A stretch of 63,597 bases of DNA from an uncultured virus (IMG/VR IMGVR_UViG_3300025087_000039) (IMGVR_UViG_3300025087_000039:62001-125597), one strand, 5' to 3'. Positions 29,386-39,435 are shown, counted from the stretch's first letter. The notes: generated by a model not told the origin, from the sequence alone. Program-made: numbers and translations.

Positions 29386-30269
29386 TTATTCGTGAAATAT
29401 GTATAATTGGAACCGGAACGTTCGGGAGTCATTTATCAATCAAATTTTCAGAGGCTAAAGAAATAAAAAAATTAATACTTATTGATTATGATTTAGTAAA
29501 TGAAAATGATATTTTAAAGGGTGATTTTACCACGTTAGGAAAAAGAAAAGTTTTTGATTTATCTGAAAGAATAGAAAAAACAAGGGGCTATGAATTTATA
29601 AAGCCCATTGATTCGAAGAACGGATTTGATTTTTCAAAAATACTTAGATATAGTTATGAAAATTTATTAATTATTGATTGTACTGATGTATTAAATAATA
29701 AAAATCAATCAGATATAAAAAGTTATATTTCTGGAAGAAAAGTTATTTTAGATTGCAGAAAAAATTTGAATTATAGCAATGGATTTGAAGGAAGATATTT
29801 TGAAGATTTATCAAAATATGAATTAGAACAAGCGGCAATTTTAGCAAGAAATACAATTCTTAATAAATCTTTTGAAAATATTTTGACTAAGGAATTAGTT
29901 CAAATTTTAGATATTCCTAGAATAGATAATTATCTTCAAAAGACTTTAAAAAATGAATCTGAAAAAGATGATTTAATAGTTCAAAACGATGGAAATTTAG
30001 AAAGATTTTATAATTTTTCAAGTTCAGTAAAACCGATCATAGAAAAGAATAAGAGGCAAGATATAGATTTTTATCTAGATTCTAAGTTTTCTACCTTCCC
30101 AATTAAAACTACATGTTTAAAAGAAAGACTACAAACTCCTTTAGATCTTTGTGAATTATTAAAAACCTTTTCTAGTTTTCCAACTGTTAAATATAATTAT
30201 ATTATTAACATCGTAGATGAAGGGAATGATTTTTATGTGGAATTAATAAGAGAATCGGGAGCAGCATGA
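29382..30269 (+). CDS. divergent ThiF/E1-like protein
   Basis: IIGTGTFGS, LILIDYDLVNENDI, GKRKV, IIDCTD; lacks the canonical N-L-x-R-Q. Confidence 0.72.
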   Translation: MIIREICIIGTGTFGSHLSIKFSEAKEIKKLILIDYDLVNENDILKGDFTTLGKRKVFDLSERIEKTRGYEFIKPIDSKNGFDFSKILRYSYENLLIIDCTDVLNNKNQSDIKSYISGRKVILDCRKNLNYSNGFEGRYFEDLSKYELEQAAILARNTILNKSFENILTKELVQILDIPRIDNYLQKTLKNESEKDDLIVQNDGNLERFYNFSSSVKPIIEKNKRQDIDFYLDSKFSTFPIKTTCLKERLQTPLDLCELLKTFSSFPTVKYNYIINIVDEGNDFYVELIRESGAA

Positions 30270-30700
30270 ATGATATCATCCTTCAAAATGGAGCGATAGT
30301 TATAAACAAAGATTCTAAAATAAAAATTGAGAAGATAAATAAAAAAATTATTCCTTCTTATTTTATTTTGAATAATGAATATTTTAAAATATTAGAAATA
30401 GATTTGCCATATATTATTAATGGTTATTATGTTAGGGTGATAGATCAAAGAATTCTATCAATTATTTTATGTGGTGTTCATCCGAACGCTGATTTATATT
30501 CTGGTTTATTATGTTTACCTAAGCCTTTTATTGGAAAACATTTTAACGAAAAATTTTTAAACATAATAGAGAATCGGTTTATTTCAATACATAATTTGGA
30601 TAATAGTTATTTTATAGATAAAGCTATTTATCTTAAATATGAAAAGGTAACACACAAACCAAAAATATATATTGTGGAGGATCAATGCCCAAACTCTTAG
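30266..30700 (+). CDS. putative E2/UBC-like protein
   Basis: HPNADLYSGLLCLP matches the HPN-x-G-x-x-C-L E2 active-site signature; in Ubl locus. Confidence 0.55.
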   Translation: MNDIILQNGAIVINKDSKIKIEKINKKIIPSYFILNNEYFKILEIDLPYIINGYYVRVIDQRILSIILCGVHPNADLYSGLLCLPKPFIGKHFNEKFLNIIENRFISIHNLDNSYFIDKAIYLKYEKVTHKPKIYIVEDQCPNS

Positions 30701-33411
30701 ATATTTCTAAGTTTTGTGAAAATCTTCCAGAGGTAACTACATTTGAGATTATTGATAAGAAAAAATTTCATCCAAATGGCCTTTTTTCAGAACAACTTTT
30801 TGGACCAATAAGAAATTATACATGTCAATGTAAAATTTATAGGGGCGTTTCAAAATCCGGAGGAAAATGTAATATTTGTAATGTTGACATAGTTAATAGT
30901 AATGTAAGAAGAAGAAGATTTGGAAAAATTGTTTTGCCTTTTCCAATTGTAAATCCAATGTTTTTTGAACTATTAAGTTTTGTTGGCGGAAAGAAAGTTA
31001 AAGAAATGATTTCTATGTTAATGAAAAATGATAAAAGTATTTTATATAAAGATGATAATGGAGAATTTGTTATAACCACAGATATTGAAAGCATCCCTAA
31101 AGAAAAAATATTTTTTGAAAAAACTGAGGCAATAAAAGAATTTATTACACAAATTACAAAAGAGATTTTAAAGGATGAAGAAAATCCAGAATTAAGTTAT
31201 TGGAATATAATAAAAGAAAATTTAAATAATATTTTAATAAACGAAGTAATTGTTTTACCTCCAGATTTAAGACCCCCATCAAAAACTACGGTAAAAAATG
31301 TTCCTGTCGCAGATCCAATAAATAGATTTTATGTTCAACTTTTAACAAATAAAAAGATCATTGAAAACACTTTGGTCGAAGTTCAAAAAAATAAAAAGAT
31401 ATATTATATGTATTTTAAAGAAATTCAAAAAACTGTAAATCAACTTTATGTTTTTATATTGGAAAAACTTTCTAAAAAAGAAGGATTGATAAGAGGAAAT
31501 ATTTTAGGAAAAAGAATTGATTTTTCAGGGAGAGCCGTAATAGTCCCATCTCCAACTATTAATATTGACGAATGTGTTTTACCCTATGTTATGATTTTAG
31601 AATTATTTAAAATTCAAATTGCACAAAAATTAGTGAATAATGAAAGTTTTAAAATTCTCAACGAGGCAATAGATTTTGTTGATAGATGCATTGATCTTAA
31701 AAGTTTGGATTTATATAAAGAAGCTGAAGAAATTGTAAAGGGTGAAGTTTGTATTTTAAATAGGCAACCCACGCTTCATAGATTAGGAATGCTTGGTTTC
31801 AAAATTAAAATATCCTCAGATAATGTTATAAAAATTCACCCTTTAGCATGTGAGCCATTTAATGCTGATTTTGATGGGGATCAGATGGCGGTATATTTAC
31901 CAATATCTCAAGAGGCAAAAGATGAAGTTCTTGATAAGTTATTGATAACAAATAATTTAAACAGTCCATCAAATGGACAATTAGCGACTATGCCAAATCA
32001 AGATATAATTTTGGGAATTTATATGTTAACAAATGATAAATTTCCTGATTTAACAAAAGAAACTATTTTTAAAAATATTAAAATCACAGAAGGAAGAAAA
32101 TTATTCAATGAGTGTTTTCCAGAAGACTATCCTATAATAAATTACTCTGTAGGCAAAAATGAATTATTAAAAATCTTAAGTGATATTTCACAAAATTATT
32201 CTAAAGAAATATTAGCCATAGTTTTAGATAAGATCAAATTATTGGGATTTAAATATTCAACAATTTTCGGAACCACTATGTCTTTAATTGATTGTACATC
32301 AAAAGATTCTAAGGAATATGTAGATAAAATATTTTCAGGAGAAAATATAAGAAAACAAATCGAAGATATATCTTCAAATGAAACTATAGAAACTTTAAAG
32401 AAAATATTTAAATATTCTTATATGGTTGAATCTGGAGCCAGAGGAACTTGGGACCAAGTTAGACAAATTGTTTTATCAAGAGGGTTTATCTCAAATTTTG
32501 AAGGACAAATTTTACCTGAACCAATTAAAAATAGTTTAATGAATGGGTTAACCAAAAGAGAATTTTTTATATCCACATATGGATGTCGAAAAGGTTTATT
32601 AGACGTTGCATTAAATACTGGAATCTCAGGCTATCTTTCAAGAAAGTTGATTTTTACCTGTTGTAATCTTCAACTTGATTTAAATTTAGAAGATTGTGGA
32701 ACTAAAGATTGTATAGAACTTTTTATTGAAAATGCAGATAAAAGTAAATCTTTAATAGGCAGAAATTATATAGAGAATAATGAATTGAAAAAAATTACAA
32801 TGTTAAATTTTAAAAGTTTAGTTGGAAAAACTTTAAAACTACGAAGTCCTATTTATTGTGAATCTGAAAATATTTGTAAAACTTGTTATGGAGATTTATA
32901 CAAAATTATCAATAGTAAATTTATTGGCGTAGTTGCGGCTCAGTGTCTTGGTGAAAGAGGAACTCAATTAGTTTTAAGAACTTTCCATACTTCTGGGTCT
33001 GCTATAATTAATGAAAAATCTGAAGAAAAAATTGATGAGATGAAACAGATGGATATTATTGGGGATTTAGAAACCGCTTCTGATTTATTACATAGATTTA
33101 AAGATAATAATTTTATGAATTCTTTAAATAATTTATTTAAAGTATATTCCTCTTCTGGAAAAATACATCATGTTCATTTTGAATGTGTGATTTCTCAGTT
33201 AATGTGGCATGGAATGAAAAAATGGAGATTAACCAAAGATCGTGATAAAAAATCTTTAGAAATGAAAAGTGTCCAATCGGTTCCCAGTTATGAAAGTTGG
33301 CTTTTAGCTTTAGCTTTTTCTAATCCAAAAAAGAGCATATTAAATGGAATGGTATATAAAGGTTTATATACTGGAATTATGGACCGAATATTAAAAGGGG
33401 AAAAAGTTTAA
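30685..33411 (+). CDS. RNA polymerase beta'-like subunit, set 2 (unsplit, compact)
   Basis: GLFSEQLFGP, CQC..CNIC, PPDLRP, LGKRIDFSGRAVI, LNRQPTLHRLG, catalytic NADFDGDQ, SGARG, RTFHTSG. Confidence 0.97.
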   Translation: MPKLLDISKFCENLPEVTTFEIIDKKKFHPNGLFSEQLFGPIRNYTCQCKIYRGVSKSGGKCNICNVDIVNSNVRRRRFGKIVLPFPIVNPMFFELLSFVGGKKVKEMISMLMKNDKSILYKDDNGEFVITTDIESIPKEKIFFEKTEAIKEFITQITKEILKDEENPELSYWNIIKENLNNILINEVIVLPPDLRPPSKTTVKNVPVADPINRFYVQLLTNKKIIENTLVEVQKNKKIYYMYFKEIQKTVNQLYVFILEKLSKKEGLIRGNILGKRIDFSGRAVIVPSPTINIDECVLPYVMILELFKIQIAQKLVNNESFKILNEAIDFVDRCIDLKSLDLYKEAEEIVKGEVCILNRQPTLHRLGMLGFKIKISSDNVIKIHPLACEPFNADFDGDQMAVYLPISQEAKDEVLDKLLITNNLNSPSNGQLATMPNQDIILGIYMLTNDKFPDLTKETIFKNIKITEGRKLFNECFPEDYPIINYSVGKNELLKILSDISQNYSKEILAIVLDKIKLLGFKYSTIFGTTMSLIDCTSKDSKEYVDKIFSGENIRKQIEDISSNETIETLKKIFKYSYMVESGARGTWDQVRQIVLSRGFISNFEGQILPEPIKNSLMNGLTKREFFISTYGCRKGLLDVALNTGISGYLSRKLIFTCCNLQLDLNLEDCGTKDCIELFIENADKSKSLIGRNYIENNELKKITMLNFKSLVGKTLKLRSPIYCESENICKTCYGDLYKIINSKFIGVVAAQCLGERGTQLVLRTFHTSGSAIINEKSEEKIDEMKQMDIIGDLETASDLLHRFKDNNFMNSLNNLFKVYSSSGKIHHVHFECVISQLMWHGMKKWRLTKDRDKKSLEMKSVQSVPSYESWLLALAFSNPKKSILNGMVYKGLYTGIMDRILKGEKV

Positions 33412-33418
33412 TTTTTTC

Positions 33419-36400
33419 ATGGAGGATTCAATGATTCGAAATCCTTTTTATGAGATTGACGATCCTGTAAATAATATGTTTTCAATCAGAAAAAATGAAT
33501 ATGATGAAATACTTAGCAAGGTTAATATAATTTTACAACCTGCTAGAGATCTTGATTTTATTGTCGAAGAATTGGATTTTTATGATCATAAATTTACTTC
33601 TGGTGAACTTCATAGAACATTGAGACGAAATTTGATTATCAAATTGAAGAAAAGAAATTCAACGATTGATTTAAGTATGTCTGTTCCAAAATTAATTGAT
33701 AATAATTATTTTTATATTAACGGTCGAAAGAAAATGCCTTTATTTCAAATGTTCGATTTACCTGTTGTGACAAGAGGAAAAATTATTAAATTAAGAACTT
33801 GTGTTTCTACATTAATGTTAATAAATGAAAAAACAGAGCCTTTTATAAAAGCATCTTTTTTGGGTAAAAAAGTCCCTTTAGTTTTATTGATGGCATGCTA
33901 TTTTTCTGAAAAAGAGTTGGAAGAAAGAAAACAAAAACTTTTAGGTATGAAAGAGCATAATGTTTTTTCAGAAAATTTATTAAAAGATATTGAGGAATTT
34001 CAGGTTGAAAATGAAGGAATTGAAGAAGAATTTTTGATGGAAATGTTAGGGCGGCATTACACAAAATATAATATTAAATCAAAAGGTTATGATGTTATAT
34101 ATGCTCTTGATATAATTCCAAAAGTTGATATTATGTCTTCCCAATTCTTCAGAACTGAAAATGTTTTAGATGAAATTCTTTATCCTTTAATTAATGGATT
34201 TTATAATGATTTAGATTTAAGAAATAAAAGAATAAGATGTTTTGAATATGTTGTTTTAGAAAAGGTTGCTAAAGCCGTTTTTGATTTATGCGTTACAAAT
34301 AGAACAACACGAAATCCAAATTTCAATATTAATACTAGCCATATAATTTCTGAATGTAATGTTTCAGATATTGTTCAATTTGATTTTGCGATAAATCCAA
34401 TTGAAGAATTAACCAGTTTATCAAGAACCAGTTTAGTTGGGCCTGGTGGTTTTAAGAGAGAAAATGTTCCAAGGGGGTTGAGAGATATAAATGACTCTAT
34501 GTATAATCGAATCTGTCCTGTTGATACCCCAGATAGAGAAAATTGTGGAGTTTTACAAAATCTTCTAATAAATACAAAATTAGATAATAATTTAAGATTT
34601 TCAGAAGAGAGAAGCAATCAACCAATTTCTATCCCAGTATCATTTGTCCCATTTCTTGAAAGAGATGACCAGACGAGATTGCAAATGGCATCATCACAAA
34701 TGAGACAAACAATTCTTTTAAAAAATAATGATTCACAATTAATCAAAACAGGTTGTGAAGGATTATATACCGATAAAACTCAATTTGTAAAAACTGCAAA
34801 AAATAAAGGAACTGTAATTTATTTGGATCAAAAGATTTTAATTGTAAAATATGAGGATGAAACGCCTGACTTTTTTGAGGTTGGCCATAGAGAAATATAT
34901 GTAAAAAATTTAGACATTTATAAAGTTTATGTGAAAGTTGGAGATACATTTAATAAAGGAGATATTTTAGCGGAGAGTTTATTTTGTAGAAATGGTGAAA
35001 TAAATTTTGGAAAAAATCTTCTGACCGGAGTTATGGTTTATTATGGATATAATTATGAAGACGGCATTGTAATTTCAGATCGATTGATAAAAGATGATTC
35101 ATTTACCTCAGTTCATTTTAAAGATTTATCTTTTAATATTCCATCAAATAAAGTTCTTTTATCTTTAGAAAAAAATTCATATAAACCTCTTCCAGAAAAA
35201 TTTGAAAGAATTTATAAAGGGCAAGCATATGCCAAAACTAAAAGTATTTTATCTGGAACTGAATTTACTAGTGTTTTTGAAGAAGTGGAAGAACAAACTA
35301 CAGATAAAAATGTTATAATCACAGACCTCAATTTATATATAAATGATTGGAACAAAGAAATTCCAGAATATTCAAGATGGGTTGAAACCGTTAAAAATGA
35401 ACAGATACGAAATGAAGATATTTTTAGAGAATCTCTAAAAGATCATTTTGAAAAAAGAGATATTGAAGATATTATTAGAGATAATTTTCTAAATAAATTT
35501 TCTCAGGCTGGAAGATATAAAATTAAGGGAGAAAGAATAAGCGGTATACTTGTTGAAATGTCAGGAATATTTTTTAGAAAAATCCAGGTTGGAGATAAGA
35601 TAGCTAACAGACATGGAAATAAAGGGGTTATCTCAGCAATAATTCCTGAAGAAAAAATGCCTGTTTTGGAAGATGGAAGACATTTAGATATCTGTATAAA
35701 TCCTCTTGGAATAATTTCCAGAATGAATATTGGACAATTATTTGAACTTCATTTGGGGATGGCAGTTAATACCCTTAAAATGAAATCTTTAGAGATGTTA
35801 AAAAATTCAGAACCTCAGGAAAAAATAAAGGAATTTTTAATTGAGTTTATTAAAATAATTGATAGAACAGAAGGCAATTGGTATACAAAACAATTTATTG
35901 AAAATTTTCCAGAAAATATTGAAAAAGAATTTTTAGAGAATTTTTCAGTTCATCAGCCACCTTTTGAGTCAACAGATATGAAGGGAATTGAAGACGCTTT
36001 AAAATATACAAATGAGAATTTTAAGTATAAGGTTTTTGATCCAATTTCTAAGATGGATATTTTAAATGAGGTTGCAGTAGGGTTTTTAACTTTTTTTAGA
36101 ATTGCACATATTGCTGAAGATAAGCTCGCCGCCAGAGGAATCGGCTCATATACAAAGAAAACTCTTCAACCGTTAGGTGGAAGAAAGAATAAAGGCGGAC
36201 AAAGATGTGGTGAAATGGAGTCCGCTAGTTTGATTGGGTACGAAGCGAGCACAAATCTTTTTGAGATGTTTACCACAAAATCTGATTGTATAGATTTAAA
36301 AAATCAACATATTAAAAATAGTATTAGAAATACTGGAATGACGATGTTTGATGAAGAAATAAATATTTCCCCTGAATCTGTAAATCTCTTATATTCATAT

Positions 36401-36427
36401 TTAAAGGCAATCGGAATAGAGCCGTGA
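33419..36427 (+). CDS. RNA polymerase beta-like subunit, set 2
   Basis: FYINGRKK, GPGG, RICPVDTPD, GYNYEDG, GDKIANRHGNKG, SRMNIGQ, QPLGGRKNKGGQRCGEME. Confidence 0.96.
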   Translation: MEDSMIRNPFYEIDDPVNNMFSIRKNEYDEILSKVNIILQPARDLDFIVEELDFYDHKFTSGELHRTLRRNLIIKLKKRNSTIDLSMSVPKLIDNNYFYINGRKKMPLFQMFDLPVVTRGKIIKLRTCVSTLMLINEKTEPFIKASFLGKKVPLVLLMACYFSEKELEERKQKLLGMKEHNVFSENLLKDIEEFQVENEGIEEEFLMEMLGRHYTKYNIKSKGYDVIYALDIIPKVDIMSSQFFRTENVLDEILYPLINGFYNDLDLRNKRIRCFEYVVLEKVAKAVFDLCVTNRTTRNPNFNINTSHIISECNVSDIVQFDFAINPIEELTSLSRTSLVGPGGFKRENVPRGLRDINDSMYNRICPVDTPDRENCGVLQNLLINTKLDNNLRFSEERSNQPISIPVSFVPFLERDDQTRLQMASSQMRQTILLKNNDSQLIKTGCEGLYTDKTQFVKTAKNKGTVIYLDQKILIVKYEDETPDFFEVGHREIYVKNLDIYKVYVKVGDTFNKGDILAESLFCRNGEINFGKNLLTGVMVYYGYNYEDGIVISDRLIKDDSFTSVHFKDLSFNIPSNKVLLSLEKNSYKPLPEKFERIYKGQAYAKTKSILSGTEFTSVFEEVEEQTTDKNVIITDLNLYINDWNKEIPEYSRWVETVKNEQIRNEDIFRESLKDHFEKRDIEDIIRDNFLNKFSQAGRYKIKGERISGILVEMSGIFFRKIQVGDKIANRHGNKGVISAIIPEEKMPVLEDGRHLDICINPLGIISRMNIGQLFELHLGMAVNTLKMKSLEMLKNSEPQEKIKEFLIEFIKIIDRTEGNWYTKQFIENFPENIEKEFLENFSVHQPPFESTDMKGIEDALKYTNENFKYKVFDPISKMDILNEVAVGFLTFFRIAHIAEDKLAARGIGSYTKKTLQPLGGRKNKGGQRCGEMESASLIGYEASTNLFEMFTTKSDCIDLKNQHIKNSIRNTGMTMFDEEINISPESVNLLYSYLKAIGIEP

Positions 36428-36433
36428 GATAAT

Positions 36434-36468
36434 GTGGGATGGGAGATTTGGCATTTCTCCCATCCCAC
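36434..36468 (+). terminator. strong hairpin (13 bp stem) after RNAP operon, no U-tail
   Basis: GTGGGATGGGAGA-TTTGGCATT-TCTCCCATCCCAC. Confidence 0.6.
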
Positions 36469-36573
36469 TAAAAAGGTAATAAAATTGTAAGAAGTACAAA
36501 TAAAGTTGTTATGTTTTAAGGTAAATGATTGTTTAACGAAGAACTTCCTCAATGAAATCAGGAGCGTATAAAT

Positions 36574-37419
36574 ATGACACTGCCGGACATTCAAAAAACA
36601 GAGCCAGAGATTAAAAGATATATTAATCAGGTTGGGGTTGAAAATATTGAGCTTCCGTTTATTCTTCAATTAAAATCAGGTGGTTATACGGATGTCTTAG
36701 CTTCAGTTTCTTTAAAAACAAATTTAAAAGAAGATATTAAAGGCATTTCCATGTCAAGACTTTTATTAACCCTAAAACCATTTTTAGGAAAACCGTTAAA
36801 ACATTTTTTAATTCTTGAAATTTTAAAAGATATTGCAAAAAATCTTGAAACAAAAAATAGTATGTTAACATTTAAGTTTAAACTTCCTATTATTAAAAAA
36901 TCTCCAATTTCAAACAATGAATTTCCTTTATATTATAAAAGTATGTTTGAAGGGCATCTATTAGATGATAAATTTTCATTTTATCAGGGCGTAACAGTTC
37001 AATATTCTTCATATTGTCCATGTTCTGCTGAATTATGTAAAGATTTAAAAAATAATGGCTTAGAAGGTTTTCCTCATGCACAGAGATCTTTCTCATCAAT
37101 CATAGCAAAAATAAAAGAGAATAATTATATATGGTTAGAGGATCTAATATTTACTGTCGAAAACTCGATACGAACTCAGCCATACCCTATAATCAAAAGA
37201 ATAGATGAGCAAGAGATCGCTAGAATCGCAGCAGAAAATCCCATTTTTGTTGAAGATGCAATTCGAGTTATTTCTCAAAAAATCGATTCGATAGATGGGA
37301 TAGAGGATTGGATCATAAAATGTTCTCATGAGGAATCAATCCATACATCAGAGGCAGTTGCAAGTTCTTGGAAAGGAATTCAAGGAGGATTTGATGAAAA
37401 ATATTTTCTTCAGGTTTGA
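36574..37419 (+). CDS. folE2: GTP cyclohydrolase IB (FolE2/MptA family)
   Basis: LPDIQ, VGV, KGISMSR, CPCS, HAQRS, KRIDE, NPIFVEDAIR, EESIH. Confidence 0.93.
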   Translation: MTLPDIQKTEPEIKRYINQVGVENIELPFILQLKSGGYTDVLASVSLKTNLKEDIKGISMSRLLLTLKPFLGKPLKHFLILEILKDIAKNLETKNSMLTFKFKLPIIKKSPISNNEFPLYYKSMFEGHLLDDKFSFYQGVTVQYSSYCPCSAELCKDLKNNGLEGFPHAQRSFSSIIAKIKENNYIWLEDLIFTVENSIRTQPYPIIKRIDEQEIARIAAENPIFVEDAIRVISQKIDSIDGIEDWIIKCSHEESIHTSEAVASSWKGIQGGFDEKYFLQV

Positions 37420-37823
37420 TGTTGTTTCCTTGCAATAATTGCATTTTACAAAAATTTTGTTCCGAACCTTGTATAAATTTTTTAAATGATTTTGATATAA
37501 AAACTTTTATTGAATTAAATGTTATTGAAGATTGTATTATAAAGTGTTGTTTTTGTAAAAATAACATTAATGTTAATGTAGATAAAGAACATAGTCATAT
37601 TGAATTTTTTGATGGAATTTGTTCAAAATGTTCTTTTGAAATTGAATTTGATTTTAAAATTTATAAGGATTTAATAAGATATACTAGATTATTTTTAATA
37701 ACTTATGGATTTAAAATTGTTATTTTAAAATCTTTTAAAAAAATAGATCAATGGAAACCAGTTTCCAGTTGGACAACATTATTTGAAGATGATGAAATTC
37801 TTATAACATGGGCTCTATGTTAG
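37419..37823 (+). CDS. Cys-rich hypothetical protein
   Basis: FPCNNC..CSEPC, CCFC, CSKC; TGATG coupling. Confidence 0.6.
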   Translation: MLFPCNNCILQKFCSEPCINFLNDFDIKTFIELNVIEDCIIKCCFCKNNINVNVDKEHSHIEFFDGICSKCSFEIEFDFKIYKDLIRYTRLFLITYGFKIVILKSFKKIDQWKPVSSWTTLFEDDEILITWALC

Positions 37824-37911
37824 AATTTAATTGTATAAAATTTTTATCAGAATCTTTTAAAAAACTTCTTTTAACTTCACCTATAAAATCAAAACCTAAG
37901 GCGGAATACAT

Positions 37912-39027
37912 ATGATTTCTTTTCCTATTCTTTATGGTAGATCGTCAAAAGATCTTGTTAAAATATGGGAAATATTTGTAGAAGAAAAAAATGGAGTTCC
38001 AACCATTATTACAAAACATGGTTATCAAGGAAAGAAAATTATAACCACAGCAAAAGAAATTACAGAAGGAAAAAATATTGGAAAATCGAATGAAACAACT
38101 CCGTTTGAGCAAGCGGTTTCTGAGGCTCAATCAACCTGGACAAATAAAAAAGATCATGGCTATCAGGAAGATAATCCTCCTGAAATAGGTTCGATTTTAT
38201 ATCTTCCTATGTTAGCTCAAGATTATAAAAATAGTAAACGACATATTGTTTATCCATGTTATGCCCAACCAAAAATGAATGGGGTTCGAAGTATCTCAAA
38301 TTTAATTGATAAACAAAAAGTAAAATATATTTCAAGAAATGGAAAATTATATAATACGGTTCAACATTTAGATGAAGAATTAAGTGAATTTTTAGAGGGA
38401 CGTTCTGATATATTTGGAGATGGGGAATTATATAAACATACATGGAGTTTTCAAGAAATTATAAGAAACGTAAAGAAACAAAGAGAAACATCTAATGAGA
38501 TTGAATATTGGATTTATGATATGGCTGAGTTGGCTCCTAAAATGAATTTTGAGAAGAGATTAGATTATATTTCAAATAAATTTTCTAAAATAAATTTCAA
38601 AAAATTAATTCAAGTTCCAACTATAAAAATAAATAATGAAAATGAAATGTTAAAATTACATGATAAATTTATTTCTGAAATGTATGAGGGAATTATTTTA
38701 AGAAATATAAATGGTCAATACACATTTGATTATAGAAATAAAGATTTGCAAAAATATAAAGTTTTTGAAGATTCTGAATTTATGATTGTTGGTGGAGAAG
38801 AGGGAACTGGTGTCGAAAAAGGTTGTGTTATTTTTATAGTACAATTAGACGTCAATCCTTCAGAAACTTTTAGTGTTAGACCAAAAGGTTCAAGAGAATT
38901 AAGAAAATCATGGCTCCAAAATATTCAATCTTTAAAGGGATTGCCTTTAACGGTTAGATTTATTGGAAGATCTGAAACTGGAGTTCCAGTTCATGCTACG
39001 GGTATAGCGATAAGGGATTATGAATAG
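37912..39027 (+). CDS. ATP-dependent DNA ligase
   Basis: motif I QPKMNGVR, SRNGK, DGELY, YD, EGIILR, KYK; OB-fold C-terminus. Confidence 0.9.
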   Translation: MISFPILYGRSSKDLVKIWEIFVEEKNGVPTIITKHGYQGKKIITTAKEITEGKNIGKSNETTPFEQAVSEAQSTWTNKKDHGYQEDNPPEIGSILYLPMLAQDYKNSKRHIVYPCYAQPKMNGVRSISNLIDKQKVKYISRNGKLYNTVQHLDEELSEFLEGRSDIFGDGELYKHTWSFQEIIRNVKKQRETSNEIEYWIYDMAELAPKMNFEKRLDYISNKFSKINFKKLIQVPTIKINNENEMLKLHDKFISEMYEGIILRNINGQYTFDYRNKDLQKYKVFEDSEFMIVGGEEGTGVEKGCVIFIVQLDVNPSETFSVRPKGSRELRKSWLQNIQSLKGLPLTVRFIGRSETGVPVHATGIAIRDYE

Positions 39028-39090
39028 TATTTGAAAAAAGAAAGGAACAAAGGAGAATGAAAAAAGAGATCCTAAAGGAGAAGTTAAAAA

Positions 39091-39435
39091 TTGAATGACG
39101 TTTTGAGAAAAGAAAAGAAACTTTTATATAAAGAAATTTATCTGGATGATGATGTTTTTAACATCTCTTTAAAAGATATTATAAAAACTGTAGAGGATCT
39201 TTCGGAAAAATATGGAGAATCTGCTGTAGTAAATATGACTGGACATGATCGTTCAATAGAATTATCTTATAAAAGAATTGAGACAGATGAAGAATTTGAG
39301 GCAAGGAAAAAAGACGAGGAATCAATTAAAATCTATAGAAATAAAATGCAAGAACGTGAAAGGAAAAACCGGTATAATAAATATTTGGAATTAAAAAAAG
39401 AGTTCGATAAGGAGATCATAGATGGGAAAAAATAA
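39091..39435 (+). CDS. 'ETDEEF' paralog family (copy 2)
   Basis: YG..KRIETDEEFEAR...YLELKKEFD. Confidence 0.7.
   Translation: MNDVLRKEKKLLYKEIYLDDDVFNISLKDIIKTVEDLSEKYGESAVVNMTGHDRSIELSYKRIETDEEFEARKKDEESIKIYRNKMQERERKNRYNKYLELKKEFDKEIIDGKK

Noticed and set aside
30685..36427. Cellular rpoB/rpoC operon
   Set aside because: Order is beta' then beta, the subunits are much shorter and divergent, a second set exists, and there are no ribosomal protein or nusG neighbours
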